DNA of 64,000 bases from Vicinamibacterales bacterium (GCA_965197375.1 CBDAMZ010000008.1:143394-207393), one strand, 5' to 3'. Shown: positions 1 to 10,190, numbered from the stretch's first letter. Numbers and translations are program-made. Notes: a model not told the origin generated them from the sequence alone.

Positions 1-219
1 GGGCCGTCACTCAAGCGCATTCGGCCGGCACCGATGGGCCGCGCATTCCGAATCCTTAAGAGGTCGTCGCACCTGTCGGTGACCGTTCGAGAGCGATCAG
101 AGACGGCCACGGTCATGCATGCGGCCGCTGGAAAGGCAGCACCGAGTCGGCGGCGCGCTCCGAGCAAGAAAACAGCTGCGAAGCGGCTGTCGTCGGCCAA
201 AAAGGAAAAATCGGACTAA
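1..219 (+). CDS. rplV: 50S ribosomal protein L22, C-terminal part (5' end outside window)
   Basis: Frame 1 is open from base 1: [31 protein letters not shown] is the conserved L22 C-terminal core, followed by a Lys/Ala-rich tail. Lies directly upstream of rpsC as in S10 operons. Confidence 0.8.
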   Translation, partial: GPSLKRIRPAPMGRAFRILKRSSHLSVTVRERSETATVMHAAAGKAAPSRRRAPSKKTAAKRLSSAKKEKSD

Positions 220-230
220 GGAGTTCGCAT

Positions 231-917
231 ATGGGTCAGAAGGTTCATCCGTACGGATTCCGTCTCGGGTTTAACAAGACGTGGCGGTCCAGATGGTATG
301 CCGACCGGGACTATGCGAAGCTCCTGCACGAAGACCTCACGCTGAAACGTGATCTAAAGAAGCGGTTCTCGCATGCAGGCGTTTCAAAAATCGAGATCGA
401 GCGTGCCGCCAACAAGCTCAAGCTCAACATATACACATCCCGGCCAGGCATCATCATCGGTCGGAAAGGGACCGAGGTCGACAAGCTAAAAACTGAGATC
501 CAGAAACGCACGAACCGCGAGGTGTTTATCAACATCCAGGAGATTCAGAAGCCAGAACTCGACGCACAGTTGATCAGCGAATCGGTGGCGCTTCAACTTG
601 AGAAACGTGTTGCGTTTCGTCGGGCCATGCGCAAAGCGGTTGAATCGGCGCTGAGATTCGGTGGGCGCGGGATCAAGGTGCGCGTCGGAGGCCGGCTCAA
701 CGGAGCGGAGATCGCGCGGTCTGAGTGGTATCTTCACGGCCAACTGCCACTGCAAACCCTACGTGCTGATATCGACTACGGGTTCGGTCAGGCGCGAACA
801 ACCTATGGGGTCATTGGGGTCAAGGTGTGGCTCTACAAAGGGGAGCGGCTTGAGCCGCAAACAGGTCGCGATGAGGAATATCGGACGCCGCGGCCCACAC
901 GTGTCATAAACCGATGA
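231..917 (+). CDS. rpsC: 30S ribosomal protein S3
   Basis: 228 aa, [13 protein letters not shown]... N-terminus and KH-domain GRKG motif; AAGGAG Shine-Dalgarno at 218-223; operon position. Confidence 0.97.
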   Translation: MGQKVHPYGFRLGFNKTWRSRWYADRDYAKLLHEDLTLKRDLKKRFSHAGVSKIEIERAANKLKLNIYTSRPGIIIGRKGTEVDKLKTEIQKRTNREVFINIQEIQKPELDAQLISESVALQLEKRVAFRRAMRKAVESALRFGGRGIKVRVGGRLNGAEIARSEWYLHGQLPLQTLRADIDYGFGQARTTYGVIGVKVWLYKGERLEPQTGRDEEYRTPRPTRVINR

Positions 918-927
918 GTGGTACGTC

Positions 928-1353
928 ATGTTGATGCCGAAGAAGGTCAAGTTTCGGAAACAGCACCGCGGGCGGATGACGGGCAAGGCTTGGCGCGGTT
1001 CAACAGTCGCGTTTGGTGACTATGGTCTCAAGGCTCTCGAGCCCTGCTGGCTCACGGACCGGCAGATCGAAGCGGCCCGTGTCGCGATGACCCGTTTCAT
1101 TAAGCGTGGTGGCAAGATCTGGGTACGCGTGTTTCCAGACAAGCCGGTCACAAAAAAGCCACAGGAAACTCGTATGGGTAAGGGGAAAGGGGCGCCAGAG
1201 CAGTGGGTGGCCGTAGTGCGCCCGGGGCGGATCCTCTTCGAAATGGAAGGGGTCAGCGCGAGCGATGCTGTAAAGGCGATGCGGCTGGCGATGGCTAAAC
1301 TCCCGATTCGCACCATGTTCACGACGCGCTTCGGTGAAACGAGGGCGTCATGA
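928..1353 (+). CDS. rplP: 50S ribosomal protein L16
   Basis: 141 aa, [16 protein letters not shown]... typical L16 N-terminus; follows rpsC. Confidence 0.97.
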   Translation: MLMPKKVKFRKQHRGRMTGKAWRGSTVAFGDYGLKALEPCWLTDRQIEAARVAMTRFIKRGGKIWVRVFPDKPVTKKPQETRMGKGKGAPEQWVAVVRPGRILFEMEGVSASDAVKAMRLAMAKLPIRTMFTTRFGETRAS

Positions 1354-1616
1354 CGACGATGGCCGAGCTTCGCGAGCTAGGCGGCGAGGATCTTGAGCGT
1401 CGCGTCCGCGACCTCGACGACCAGGTGTTCCGTCTGCGCCTCCAGCAGTCAATGGGGCAGATGGCTGCGCCTCAGAAGGTGAGCCAGCTACGACGCGACC
1501 GTGCCCGTGTCAAGACCCTGTTGCGAGAGCGAGAGCTGGCGTCAGATGAGACCGTTAAAAACCTGCCCGAGACTGGTGTGCAGGCTGACGTCCCAGGACT
1601 GAAGACTGACGATTAA
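1350..1616 (+). CDS. rpmC: 50S ribosomal protein L29 (with C-terminal extension)
   Basis: ATGA overlap with rplP stop; [27 protein letters not shown] matches L29 core; about 20 extra C-terminal residues. Confidence 0.9.
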   Translation: MTTMAELRELGGEDLERRVRDLDDQVFRLRLQQSMGQMAAPQKVSQLRRDRARVKTLLRERELASDETVKNLPETGVQADVPGLKTDD

Positions 1617-1618
1617 CG

Positions 1619-1873
1619 ATGGTGAAGCAACGCGAAGTGTTCGGCGTCGTCGTTCGTGACAAGCTCGATAAAGGTGTTGCTGTCGCCGTCGAGCGACGTG
1701 TCCGTCACGCCGTGTACGGAAAAATCCAGCGGCGAACGACAACGTTCATGGCGCACGACGAGAACAACAGCGCCAAGGTAGGCGATCGGATCGCGATGGT
1801 CGAGACGCGACCGTTCAGTCGCCGAAAGCGATTCGTCGTGACACGGGTCGTCGAGCGAGCGGAGTCCCTATAG
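1619..1873 (+). CDS. rpsQ: 30S ribosomal protein S17
   Basis: 84 aa; GVVVRDKLDKGVAVAVERRVRHAVYGK... S17 OB-fold signature; operon position. Confidence 0.95.
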   Translation: MVKQREVFGVVVRDKLDKGVAVAVERRVRHAVYGKIQRRTTTFMAHDENNSAKVGDRIAMVETRPFSRRKRFVVTRVVERAESL

Positions 1874-1885
1874 CCAGGCAAACCC

Positions 1886-2254
1886 ATGATTCAGATGCAG
1901 TCTATCCTGGACGTTGCCGACAATTCAGGCGCTCGAAAAATAGCCGTGATAAATCCGATCGGTGGGTCGACGGGTCGCTATGCGCGTCTGGGTGATGTGG
2001 TGACGGCGTCTGTCAAGGAGGCGGCGCCGGCCGCAGCGGTCAAGAAAGGCCAGGTGGTTAAGGCTGTGATCGTCCGGACACGAAAGGAACAGCGCCGCCG
2101 TGACGGGAGCTATATCCGGTTCGACCGCAACGCCGCCGTCCTGGTCAACGACCAGAACGATCCCGTCGGGACACGCGTGTTCGGTCCCGTAGCCCGCGAG
2201 CTTCGTGAGCGCAAGTTCATGAAGATCATTTCGTTGGCTCCTGAGGTGCTCTAG
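1886..2254 (+). CDS. rplN: 50S ribosomal protein L14
   Basis: 122 aa, [18 protein letters not shown]... canonical L14 N-terminus. Confidence 0.97.
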   Translation: MIQMQSILDVADNSGARKIAVINPIGGSTGRYARLGDVVTASVKEAAPAAAVKKGQVVKAVIVRTRKEQRRRDGSYIRFDRNAAVLVNDQNDPVGTRVFGPVARELRERKFMKIISLAPEVL

Positions 2255-2256
2255 CG

Positions 2257-2589
2257 ATGTCGAGGCTACAGACTCCGGTTCGCAAGAACGACAACGTGGT
2301 CGTCGTGACCGGTAAAGATCGTGGGAAGCGTGGCCGTGTACTCAAGGTACTGCCGGATCGCAACCGCTTGGTGGTTGAGGGCGTGAACTTTATCAAGCGT
2401 CATACCCGGCCGAACCCACGTCAGAACGTCAAGGGCGGCATCGTCGAGCGCGAAGCTGCACTTGAGGCATCAAATGTGCAGATCGTGTGTCCTGAGTGTG
2501 GGGTACCAACGCGCGTCGGACGACAGTTACTCGGCGACGGACGCAAAGTTCGCGTGTGCCGAAAATGCGACGAGGTGATAGGCAAGTGA
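2257..2589 (+). CDS. rplX: 50S ribosomal protein L24
   Basis: 110 aa, [25 protein letters not shown] motif; contains a CxxC...CxxC insertion (CPECG...CRKC). Confidence 0.95.
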   Translation: MSRLQTPVRKNDNVVVVTGKDRGKRGRVLKVLPDRNRLVVEGVNFIKRHTRPNPRQNVKGGIVEREAALEASNVQIVCPECGVPTRVGRQLLGDGRKVRVCRKCDEVIGK

Positions 2590-3128
2590 GCCGGCTGGGC
2601 GAGCGGTATCAGCACGAGGTCGTGCCGGTGCTCGAGAAGGAATTCGGGCACACAAATCGCATGGCAGTGCCAAAGATCGATCGTATCGTCGTCAATATGG
2701 GGCTCGGCGAGGCCACCCAGAACTCGAAACTTATCGAGGTCGGCGCCGATGAATTGGCGCGAATCACTGGTCAACGGCCGTCCACTCGGCGTGCTCGAAA
2801 ATCTGTTGCCGCTTTCAAGCTTCGCCAGGGCATGCCGATCGGCGCGATGGTTACCCTACGCGGTGAGCGGATGTACGAGTTTCTCGACCGTTTGGTCTCG
2901 ATTGCGCTGCCGCGCGTCAGGGACTTTCGGGGAATCTCGCCGCGAGGGTTCGACGGGCGTGGCAACTATACGCTTGGGCTGAAGGATCAGCTGATCTTTC
3001 TCGAGATCGACTACATGAAGGTGGACCAGGACCGCGGCATGAACGTCTCCGTTGTCACAACCGCTCAGACGGATGAAGAAGGCCGGCGATTACTTCAATT
3101 AATGGGCATGCCGTTCCGGGTGAGCTAG
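2586..3128 (+). CDS. rplE: 50S ribosomal protein L5
   Basis: The ORF track starts at 2496, but the homologous L5 N-terminus (V)[20 protein letters not shown] begins at GTG 2586. That GTG overlaps the rplX stop (GTGA). Confidence 0.93.
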   Translation: MSRLGERYQHEVVPVLEKEFGHTNRMAVPKIDRIVVNMGLGEATQNSKLIEVGADELARITGQRPSTRRARKSVAAFKLRQGMPIGAMVTLRGERMYEFLDRLVSIALPRVRDFRGISPRGFDGRGNYTLGLKDQLIFLEIDYMKVDQDRGMNVSVVTTAQTDEEGRRLLQLMGMPFRVS

Positions 3129-3241
3129 TGCCGTTCCAACGTGTCTCGTCGGGGACGCGGGGGCGTTGGTGTAAACGCATGTAGACCTCGTCGGTTGGAT
3201 TTGGTCGCTGGGCTCGTCGGAGAAATTAGTTCGAACGGCAC
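3128..3241 (+). promoter_or_regulatory. Structured spacer between rplE and rpsZ (candidate r-protein leader)
   Basis: 'gtgccgttccaac' (3128-3140) pairs with 'gttcgaacggcac' (3229-3241) at 12 of 13 positions, enclosing three direct copies of CTCGTCGG (3145, 3187, 3213). The 138-nt gap is unusual inside a spc operon. Confidence 0.35.
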
Positions 3242-3266
3242 GAGGATACGGAGCATCGAGAACACG

Positions 3267-3452
3267 ATGGCCACCATTGCGAAGATCGCTAAGGAATTGA
3301 AGCCGCCAAAGTTCAAGGTACGCTTGCGTAACCGCTGTCGGCTTTGCGGCCGACCGCGAGGGTACCTACGCAAGTTTGGTTTATGCCGGCTCTGCTTCCG
3401 CAAGCTGGCACTCGAGGGTGAGATCACTGGTGTTACGAAAAGCAGTTGGTAG
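3267..3452 (+). CDS. rpsZ: 30S ribosomal protein S14, zinc-binding type Z (61 aa)
   Basis: [61 protein letters not shown]; CxxC...CxxC and 61-aa length typical of type-Z S14; GGAG 13 nt upstream of ATG 3267. Confidence 0.9.
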   Translation: MATIAKIAKELKPPKFKVRLRNRCRLCGRPRGYLRKFGLCRLCFRKLALEGEITGVTKSSW

Positions 3453-3565
3453 GCAACCTGCCCGTGAGATCTGTAACGAATGTTCGGAGAGAGAGCCAGG
3501 GTTGGTGAGACGTCTGGCGGCCGGTGGGAATCGATGTCACGAGGTTAGGCTCGGATTGGGGTGAG

Positions 3566-3976
3566 ATGGTCGATCCAATTTCTGACATGCTGACGCGGAT
3601 CCGTAACGCAACCCTACAGCGGCTGATGCGTGTTGATGTGCCGGTGTCGAGGCTGAAGGCCGATATTGCTCGGATCCTTCAGAAGGAAGGCTACATCAAG
3701 GGTTTCAAGCTTGTGGAGTCGGAGAACCCTCGTGGGGAGCAGCCTCTCCGGACGCTACGAATCTATTTAAAGTACGGGCCGCGTGGAGAGCGAGTATTGT
3801 CTGGCCTCGACCGGGTTAGCCGCCCCGGTCGTCGGGTCTATTGCGGACGTGGCAAAGCACCGCCGGTGCTCGCCGGTCTCGGGACCAGCATTCTCACTAC
3901 GTCACGGGGCGTTATGACAGGGCGTGACGCCGCGGAAGTTGGTGTGGGCGGCGAGGTATTGTTCAACGTTTGGTAA
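3566..3976 (+). CDS. rpsH: 30S ribosomal protein S8
   Basis: MVDPISDMLTRIRNA... canonical S8 N-terminus at ATG 3566, preceded by GGGGTGAG; ends ...GGEVLFNVW. Confidence 0.93.
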   Translation: MVDPISDMLTRIRNATLQRLMRVDVPVSRLKADIARILQKEGYIKGFKLVESENPRGEQPLRTLRIYLKYGPRGERVLSGLDRVSRPGRRVYCGRGKAPPVLAGLGTSILTTSRGVMTGRDAAEVGVGGEVLFNVW

Positions 3977-3989
3977 ATCTGGAAACAAA

Positions 3990-4529
3990 ATGTCTCGGGT
4001 AGGGAAAAAGCCAATTCCGGTCCCCAACGGCGTTAAGGTGAGCATCCACTCAGACGTGGTCGAGGTCAAAGGACCGAAAGGCACGCTCCGGCAGATCGTG
4101 CCACCCGGTGTGACGTTCGATCTGAGCGGTGATCATTTGGTGGCACGTCCGGTTCGGGACGACGATCCATCGCTCGCGAAGTTTCACGGCCTCGCGCGGA
4201 GCCTCGTGGCCAACGCCGTCGAGGGTGTAGCCAAGGGGTTTAAAAAAGAGCTCGACATCGTCGGCATTGGCTACCGGGCCGAAGTGTCTGGCAAGCAGGT
4301 CGTCTTTTCGTTGGGCTATTCGCACCGGATCGTGTTCGATATCCCAGCAGGTATCGAGATCGCGATCGACAAACAGATGCACATCACGGTCAGCGGGGTC
4401 GACCGACAACAGGTCGGCCAAGTAGCGGCGACCATTCGCGCCCTGCGTAAGCCGGATCCCTACAAGCTGAAGGGGATCCGATATACCGGTGAGGTGCTTA
4501 AAAAGAAAGTCGGTAAGGCGGGGGCGTAG
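3990..4529 (+). CDS. rplF: 50S ribosomal protein L6
   Basis: MSRVGKKPIPVPNGVKV... canonical L6 start at ATG 3990 (the ORF track extends upstream to 3924). Confidence 0.95.
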   Translation: MSRVGKKPIPVPNGVKVSIHSDVVEVKGPKGTLRQIVPPGVTFDLSGDHLVARPVRDDDPSLAKFHGLARSLVANAVEGVAKGFKKELDIVGIGYRAEVSGKQVVFSLGYSHRIVFDIPAGIEIAIDKQMHITVSGVDRQQVGQVAATIRALRKPDPYKLKGIRYTGEVLKKKVGKAGA

Positions 4530-4903
4530 TGAAAGTCAAGACCAAAAAGGATCGGCGGACTCGAATTCGGTTTCGACGGAGCCAGCGATTGCGGGGAACC
4601 GCCACGCGACCCCGGCTAGCCGTGTCACGGAGCCTGGCGCAAATCTCAGTGCAAGCCATCGATGATCTGGCCGGCCGGACCCTTGTCTCGGCGTCGAGCG
4701 TTGAGCCAGCTGTTAAGGCCATGTTTCAGAGCGGAGCTAGTGGCAGTAATAAGGTGGGTGCCACGGTGATTGGCCGAGTTGTTGCGGAACGTCTCTTGGA
4801 GCGCGGGGTCAAGCAGGTCGTCTTCGACCGCGGCGGCTTTCTCTACCACGGGCGCGTGCGGTCGGTTGCCGAAGCCGCGCGTGAGGCTGGGTTGGAGTTC
4901 TGA
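4529..4903 (+). CDS. rplR: 50S ribosomal protein L18
   Basis: GTG start overlapping the rplF stop (TAGTG); 124 aa; ...RPRLAVSRSLAQISVQAIDD and C-terminal FDRGGFLYHGRV motif. Confidence 0.93.
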   Translation: MKVKTKKDRRTRIRFRRSQRLRGTATRPRLAVSRSLAQISVQAIDDLAGRTLVSASSVEPAVKAMFQSGASGSNKVGATVIGRVVAERLLERGVKQVVFDRGGFLYHGRVRSVAEAAREAGLEF

Positions 4904-4942
4904 CGGTGGGGTGCACGATGACGGGAGACAAGCTACTAACCG

Positions 4943-5482
4943 GTGGCGAAGGCCATGGCTAAGTCACGACCGAAGATCGATCCGACGATGCTCGATTTAA
5001 AAGACACCGTAGTGTCGATCAATCGGGTAACGAAAGTCGTCAAGGGCGGTAAGAACCTGAGCTTTAGCGCGCTGGTAGTCGTCGGCAATGGTGCGGGACA
5101 TATCGGGTTCGGTGTTGGTAAAGCAAAGGAAGTGCCGTCCGCGATCAAGAAGGGCATCGAAAAGGCAAAGAAGGTGCTCTTCCGTGTTCCGCTGCAAGGA
5201 ACGTCGATTCCCCACGCCGTCATCGGACGATTTGGCGCTGGCACCGTGCTTCTCAAACCGGCCCCCGAAGGAACTGGCATCATCGCGGGGGGCGCGGTTC
5301 GGGCCGTGGTGGAATCCGCTGGCATCCGCGACATCTTTACTAAGTCGCTCCGCTCGAACAACCCGCACAACGTCGTGCGGGCCACGTTTGCCGGGCTCGA
5401 GGATCTCAAGGATCCGGCCGAGGTCGCGAGACGCCGTGGTCTTACGTTGGAACAACTTGGGTTCACGGCACGAGGACAATGA
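4943..5482 (+). CDS. rpsE: 30S ribosomal protein S5
   Basis: 179 aa; [43 protein letters not shown]5 dsRBD signature. Confidence 0.95.
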   Translation: MAKAMAKSRPKIDPTMLDLKDTVVSINRVTKVVKGGKNLSFSALVVVGNGAGHIGFGVGKAKEVPSAIKKGIEKAKKVLFRVPLQGTSIPHAVIGRFGAGTVLLKPAPEGTGIIAGGAVRAVVESAGIRDIFTKSLRSNNPHNVVRATFAGLEDLKDPAEVARRRGLTLEQLGFTARGQ

Positions 5483-5490
5483 GATAACCG

Positions 5491-5694
5491 ATGAGACCAA
5501 GAGCGACGCGAGATACCAAGGCGGCAAGGGTTCGTGTCACGCTCGTTCGGAGCTGGATTGGCTATAACACACGGCAGGAACAAGTCGTGCGGGGGCTTGG
5601 CCTACGACGGATCGGGCAGTCGGTCGAGCTCGTAGACAATCCCTCGACGCGCGGCATGATTCGACAGGTCCGGCACTTGGTCACCGTCGGATAG
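5491..5694 (+). CDS. rpmD: 50S ribosomal protein L30
   Basis: 67 aa; [44 protein letters not shown] matches the L30 fold consensus; position after rpsE. Confidence 0.9.
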   Translation: MRPRATRDTKAARVRVTLVRSWIGYNTRQEQVVRGLGLRRIGQSVELVDNPSTRGMIRQVRHLVTVG

Positions 5695-5705
5695 GACGTG
5701 GTTCC

Positions 5706-6179
5706 ATGGATCTGAGTAATCTGCAGCCGCCCAGTGGCGCCAAGCGAACCAGGAAGCGGATTGGGCGAGGTGAGGGATCGGGGACTGGCGTAACGGCGGG
5801 CCGCGGGCACAAGGGCCAAAAGTCACGCTCGGGGTACAAGCAAAAGCGTGGCTTTGAGGGTGGCCAAATGCCGTTGCACCGCCGAGTACCTAAACGAGGG
5901 TTCCGGAATCCGTTTCGTGTGGCCTATGCGGTTGTGAACCTCGATACCCTGGCCGAGCGTTTTGCGGAGGGGGCTGAGATCACGCCGGAGGTGCTGCGCG
6001 AGCGCGGGCTCATCGGTCGTTCCGACCTGGTTAAGGTGTTGGCCCGGGGCGAGTTGTCGAAGACGCTGACGGTGAAAGCTCACCGGTTCAGCGCGAGGGC
6101 GAGTGAGCGGATTACGGCGGCTGGTGGTCGGATCGAAGTAGTCACGCGTGGCGGCCTGCGTGACGGGGACAGTGTCTGA
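5706..6179 (+). CDS. rplO: 50S ribosomal protein L15
   Basis: 157 aa; [43 protein letters not shown] typical L15 N-terminus. Confidence 0.95.
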   Translation: MDLSNLQPPSGAKRTRKRIGRGEGSGTGVTAGRGHKGQKSRSGYKQKRGFEGGQMPLHRRVPKRGFRNPFRVAYAVVNLDTLAERFAEGAEITPEVLRERGLIGRSDLVKVLARGELSKTLTVKAHRFSARASERITAAGGRIEVVTRGGLRDGDSV

Positions 6180-7567
6180 TGATCGATAGTATCAAGCACG
6201 TCTTCGCCATTCCGGATCTCCGGAATCGAGTGCTGTTCACGCTCCTCGTTTTGGGTATCTACCGCATCGGTAATCACATACCTACGCCGGGTGTGAATAC
6301 CGAGGCGCTTGCGATTCTCGCCGAGCAGACCCGAGGCACGATGTTTGGGCTGTACGACATGTTTTCAGGCGGGAACCTCTCAAGGGTTACGATCTTCGCG
6401 CTTGGGATTATGCCCTACATTAGCGCGTCGATCATCTTGCAGTTATTGACGGTAGTTTGGCCCTATCTGGAACGCCTGTCCAAGGAGGGCGAGCTTGGGC
6501 GGCGGAAGATTACTCAGTACACACGCTACGGCACGATTTTTCTCTGCGTCGTCCAGTCGATGGCGATCGCGATCTTTCTCGAGCGACAAACCAACATCGT
6601 CGGCGGGCTACCCTTGGTCTATGAGCCGAGTTGGAGTTTTCGGCTCATGACGGTGCTGACGCTGACCACCGGCACTGGATTCATTATGTGGCTGGGCGAG
6701 CAGATCACCGAGCGGGGTATCGGGAACGGTATGTCGCTCATTATCTTCGCCGGCATCGTCGTAGGGTTGCCAGCGGCGGTACTAACCACGGTCGATCAGC
6801 TCCGGACGGGTCAGATGGGGCTGTTCCGCTTACTGGCATTGGGCATCCTGATGGTCGTCGTTATCGGGGCCGTGGTGTTTATCGAGCGGGGCCATCGACG
6901 AGTCGCGGTGCAGTATGCGAAGCGGGTAGTGGGCCGGCGCATGTATGGCGGCACCAGCACGCACATACCGTTGAAGGTTAACACGGGTGGCGTCATTCCC
7001 GTGATCTTCGCGTCGTCCATTCTGGCGTTTCCGGCGACGATTGCAACCGCTTTCCCCGTGGGGGGGTGGGGGCAGACTATTACGGACCAGCTTCGAAACG
7101 GCATGCCGTTCTACTACCTGCTGTACATGGCCGGCATCATCTTTTTCGCCTATTTTTACACGGCGATTATCTTCAATCCTGATGATGTCGCTGAGAACAT
7201 GCGGAAGTACGGCGGGTTTATTCCTGGGATCCGACCTGGGAAGCGAACGGCAGAGCACATCGACACCATTCTCACCAGGATCACACTGGTCGGCTCGATA
7301 TATTTGGCGCTCATCGCGGTCCTACCAGATCTAATGATTGTCGGGTTCCGAGCGGATGCTGTGCCTGTTGTCGGCGATCAACTCGATGCCCTGTTGCCTC
7401 GGTTCATTACCGATGGGATGGGCATAACGTTCTATTTCGGCGGCACGTCGCTGTTGATCATCGTGGGTGTGTCGATGGACACCGTCCAGCAGGTTGAGTC
7501 GCAGTTGATTATGCGGCACTACGACGGATTTATGAAGAAAACACGCATTCGCGGACGGCGTGGGTAG
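6179..7567 (+). CDS. secY: Preprotein translocase subunit SecY
   Basis: 462 aa polytopic membrane protein; ...LFTLLVLGIYRIGNHIPTPGV..., GIMPYISASIILQLL; 1-nt overlap with rplO stop. Confidence 0.97.
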   Translation: MIDSIKHVFAIPDLRNRVLFTLLVLGIYRIGNHIPTPGVNTEALAILAEQTRGTMFGLYDMFSGGNLSRVTIFALGIMPYISASIILQLLTVVWPYLERLSKEGELGRRKITQYTRYGTIFLCVVQSMAIAIFLERQTNIVGGLPLVYEPSWSFRLMTVLTLTTGTGFIMWLGEQITERGIGNGMSLIIFAGIVVGLPAAVLTTVDQLRTGQMGLFRLLALGILMVVVIGAVVFIERGHRRVAVQYAKRVVGRRMYGGTSTHIPLKVNTGGVIPVIFASSILAFPATIATAFPVGGWGQTITDQLRNGMPFYYLLYMAGIIFFAYFYTAIIFNPDDVAENMRKYGGFIPGIRPGKRTAEHIDTILTRITLVGSIYLALIAVLPDLMIVGFRADAVPVVGDQLDALLPRFITDGMGITFYFGGTSLLIIVGVSMDTVQQVESQLIMRHYDGFMKKTRIRGRRG

Positions 7568-7587
7568 CAGGAGAGGACGAGCGATAC

Positions 7588-8259
7588 GTGGCATTGAACG
7601 TAGTCATGGTCGGTCCGCCGGGCTCGGGTAAGGGGACTCAAGCCAGCCGGCTGGCGGCCGAGCGTGGCATTCCGCATATCTCGACCGGAGACATCTTGCG
7701 GGGAGCGGTGCAGGCCGGAACGGAGCTTGGCCGTCAGGCGAAGGCCGTGCTGGAGGCGGGCTGCTTAGTAAGTGACGACACTATGATTGGGATCGTCTGC
7801 GAGCGCCTCGCTAAAGCGGATACGAAGAACGGATTCTTGCTGGATGGGTTTCCGCGGACCGTGCCCCAGGCACAAGCCCTTGAAAAGATGCTCGTCGGTT
7901 ATGCCCCGTTGTTGGTGATCGATCTCTCGGTGCCGGACGAGGAATTGGTACACCGGCTCTTACGTCGACGTGTTTGCGGGCAGTGTGGCACCGTTGTCAA
8001 CACGTCAAACGGTGGATTGCCGGAAACGTGTGAGCGGTGTGGTGGCCAACTGGTTACGCGAAGTGATGACAGCGAAGTGATTGTGCGCAAACGGTTGGCC
8101 GTCTACAGGCAAGAGACCCAACCACTCGTCGATTTCTACCGATCGCGGCCGCATTTCCGCGTTGTCGATGGCCGCCAGGTTCCTGACGCGGTTACCACCG
8201 CCGTTGGAGTGGCCATCGATGAGGCGATGGTCGAACTGGACGAGGCTGGCGGCGCTTAG
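7588..8259 (+). CDS. adk: Adenylate kinase (zinc-lid type)
   Basis: GTG start; P-loop GPPGSGKGTQ; lid CGQCG...CERCGG; follows secY. Confidence 0.95.
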   Translation: MALNVVMVGPPGSGKGTQASRLAAERGIPHISTGDILRGAVQAGTELGRQAKAVLEAGCLVSDDTMIGIVCERLAKADTKNGFLLDGFPRTVPQAQALEKMLVGYAPLLVIDLSVPDEELVHRLLRRRVCGQCGTVVNTSNGGLPETCERCGGQLVTRSDDSEVIVRKRLAVYRQETQPLVDFYRSRPHFRVVDGRQVPDAVTTAVGVAIDEAMVELDEAGGA

Positions 8260-8280
8260 TAGTGGAAACCGGATTGGCAC

Positions 8281-9111
8281 ATGGTCATTTGTAAATCGCC
8301 GGCCGAGCTTCGGCGGATGCGCGCCTCGAACGCGCTTGTGGCTCAGGTCCTGAACGAGTTGCTGGACATGATCGAGCCTGGGATCACCACGCGCGAACTG
8401 GATGCAGTGGCCGAAACGCGTGTGCGGCAAGAGGGAGCGGTGCCGGCATTCAAAGGGTACCAGGGATACCCGGCAACGTTGTGTGCGTCAGTTAATAACG
8501 CGGTCGTTCACGGTATCCCGTCGGAACGCCCATTGGTCGAGGGCGATATTGTGTCACTTGATATGGGCGTTGTGCTTGAGGGGTTCTACGGCGATTCGGC
8601 GTTGACTGTTGGCGTCGGGACGATCTCCGAGAGTGCGGCGAAGTTGCTGGGTGTGACCCAGGAGGCCCTGGCTCGGTCCATCGCGCGGGCTCGTCTTGGG
8701 TCGCGCGTATCAGACCTCGGGCATGCGATTCAGCAGCACGTCGAGTCGAATGGCTTCTCGGTCGTTCGAGAATTCGTTGGCCACGGAATTGGGAGAAGCC
8801 TTCACGAAGAACCGCAGGTCCCGAACTACGGCGAGCCAGGGCACGGGCCACGCCTAGCCGAAGGCATGGTGCTTGCCATCGAGCCGATGGTGAATATTGG
8901 AAAACCGGCTGTACGAGTGCTGGATGACGGGTGGACAGCGGTCACCCGTGACGGCAGTCTGTCGGCGCACTTCGAACACACGGTCGCCGTGACGAAGAAC
9001 GGTCCGGTGGTGCTGAGCATGCCGCTGACGAGAACGAGCAGCCCAGGTCAAGCTCAGCCAGACGCTCCGTACTCCGTTTCGGCCGACTACTCTATGGAGA
9101 GAGAACTATGA
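8281..9111 (+). CDS. map: Type I methionine aminopeptidase (with ~25-aa C-terminal extension)
   Basis: 276 aa; ...VVHGIP..., [46 protein letters not shown] metal-ligand motifs. Confidence 0.95.
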   Translation: MVICKSPAELRRMRASNALVAQVLNELLDMIEPGITTRELDAVAETRVRQEGAVPAFKGYQGYPATLCASVNNAVVHGIPSERPLVEGDIVSLDMGVVLEGFYGDSALTVGVGTISESAAKLLGVTQEALARSIARARLGSRVSDLGHAIQQHVESNGFSVVREFVGHGIGRSLHEEPQVPNYGEPGHGPRLAEGMVLAIEPMVNIGKPAVRVLDDGWTAVTRDGSLSAHFEHTVAVTKNGPVVLSMPLTRTSSPGQAQPDAPYSVSADYSMEREL

Positions 9112-9221
9112 AGGTTCGCGCGTCTGTTAAACGCATGTGTGACCAGTGCAAGATCGTTAGGCGCCGGGGTGTCGTGCGTGTGATCTGCTCGAACCCGAAG
9201 CATAAACAACGGCAGGGGTGA
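9108..9221 (+). CDS. rpmJ: 50S ribosomal protein L36 (zinc type); below the 60-aa cutoff of the ORF track
   Basis: Manual translation: [40 protein letters not shown] 9108 overlaps the map stop (ATGA). Confidence 0.9.
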   Translation: MKVRASVKRMCDQCKIVRRRGVVRVICSNPKHKQRQG

Positions 9222-9276
9222 CGTCTTACGTCTTAATGTCTTAAGGTGTGAATCTAGAGTCTCAGAGGTACACGAC

Positions 9277-9669
9277 ATGGCACGTATTTCTGGTGTGGAT
9301 CTTCCGCGGAGCAAGCGGATTGAAGTTGGGCTGACGAACATTTTCGGGATTGGCCAGACGCGGTCGACGAACATTTTGGAAGTGTCTGGAGTCAGCCCGG
9401 ATGCCCGCGTGAAGGATCTGACCGAGGAAGAGGTACGAAAGATCAGCCGTGTCATCGAGGAGCAAGGTGGTGTCGAAGGCGACCTCCGTAAAGAGCTCTC
9501 CATGCATATCAAGCGTTTAACGACGATCGGGTGCTACCGGGGGTTGAGGCATCGGCGAAATCTACCGGTGCGGGGACAGCGGACTAGCACGAACGCGCGC
9601 ACCAGAAAGGGCCCTCGGAAAGGCGCAGTTGCCAAGAGTCGGAAAGTCACAGTTGCTAAGAAGACCTAA
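9277..9669 (+). CDS. rpsM: 30S ribosomal protein S13
   Basis: 130 aa; [26 protein letters not shown] canonical S13 start. Confidence 0.96.
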   Translation: MARISGVDLPRSKRIEVGLTNIFGIGQTRSTNILEVSGVSPDARVKDLTEEEVRKISRVIEEQGGVEGDLRKELSMHIKRLTTIGCYRGLRHRRNLPVRGQRTSTNARTRKGPRKGAVAKSRKVTVAKKT

Positions 9670-9714
9670 GTGCTAACTAACACCTAGCGAACACTAGACT
9701 AGGACAGGTGGACC

Positions 9715-10155
9715 ATGGCGAAGGTGGAGACAGTCGAGACCGGAGTCCAGACCGGTAAGCCCAAGCGGCGGCAAAAGACATTTAAGCGGCGCGGCGAAAA
9801 GCGGGTGGTGCACCATGGCGTGGTGTACATCAGGGCCTCGTTCAATAATACGGTTATCACCGTCGCGGACGGCGACGGGAACGTGCTGTCCTGGTCAAGT
9901 TCGGGAGGCATCGGGTTTAAGGGGTCGCGTAAGGGCACACCGTTCGCGGCTACCCAAGCAGCTATTAACGCCGGGCATGCGGCAAAGGCGTTCGGCATGC
10001 GGTCGGTTGAGGTCAGGGTTACGGGGCCTGGCGCCGGCCGTGAATCGGCCATCCGCGCGTTACAGACAACGGTTGGTTTTAAGGTCAAGTCCATCAAGGA
10101 TGTGACGCCGATCCCTCACAACGGGTGCCGCCCGCCAAAGCGGCGGCGGGTATGA
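9715..10155 (+). CDS. rpsK: 30S ribosomal protein S11
   Basis: 146 aa; [30 protein letters not shown]..., ...[19 protein letters not shown]. Confidence 0.96.
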   Translation: MAKVETVETGVQTGKPKRRQKTFKRRGEKRVVHHGVVYIRASFNNTVITVADGDGNVLSWSSSGGIGFKGSRKGTPFAATQAAINAGHAAKAFGMRSVEVRVTGPGAGRESAIRALQTTVGFKVKSIKDVTPIPHNGCRPPKRRRV

Positions 10156-10190
10156 TGGCGGTCACGAACGACAGAAAGAGTTAAGAAAAT

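Noticed and set aside
3141-3266. In-frame GTG 3141 that would give S14 a 42-aa Arg-rich N-terminal extension (the 103-aa ORF in the track)
   Set aside because: - Type-Z S14 proteins are ~61 aa and start MA(K/T)...
- ATG 3267 has a GGAG upstream, while GTG 3141 has no SD.
- The upstream segment is better explained as a structured spacer.

I kept it as an alternative hypothesis in the findings.
4936-5583. Long antisense or out-of-frame 'shadow' ORFs throughout the window. Examples: 4936-5583(-), 13294-14010(-), 17447-18211(+), 21359-22099(-), 42273-43166(+), 51615-52493(+), 58605-59258(+), 58759-59673(-), 32257-32931(-).
   Set aside because: Each lies entirely inside a well-supported conserved gene on the other strand or in another frame. 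They have Arg/Ala/Pro/Ser-biased low-complexity composition and no recognisable motifs. This is the expected artefact of high GC content.
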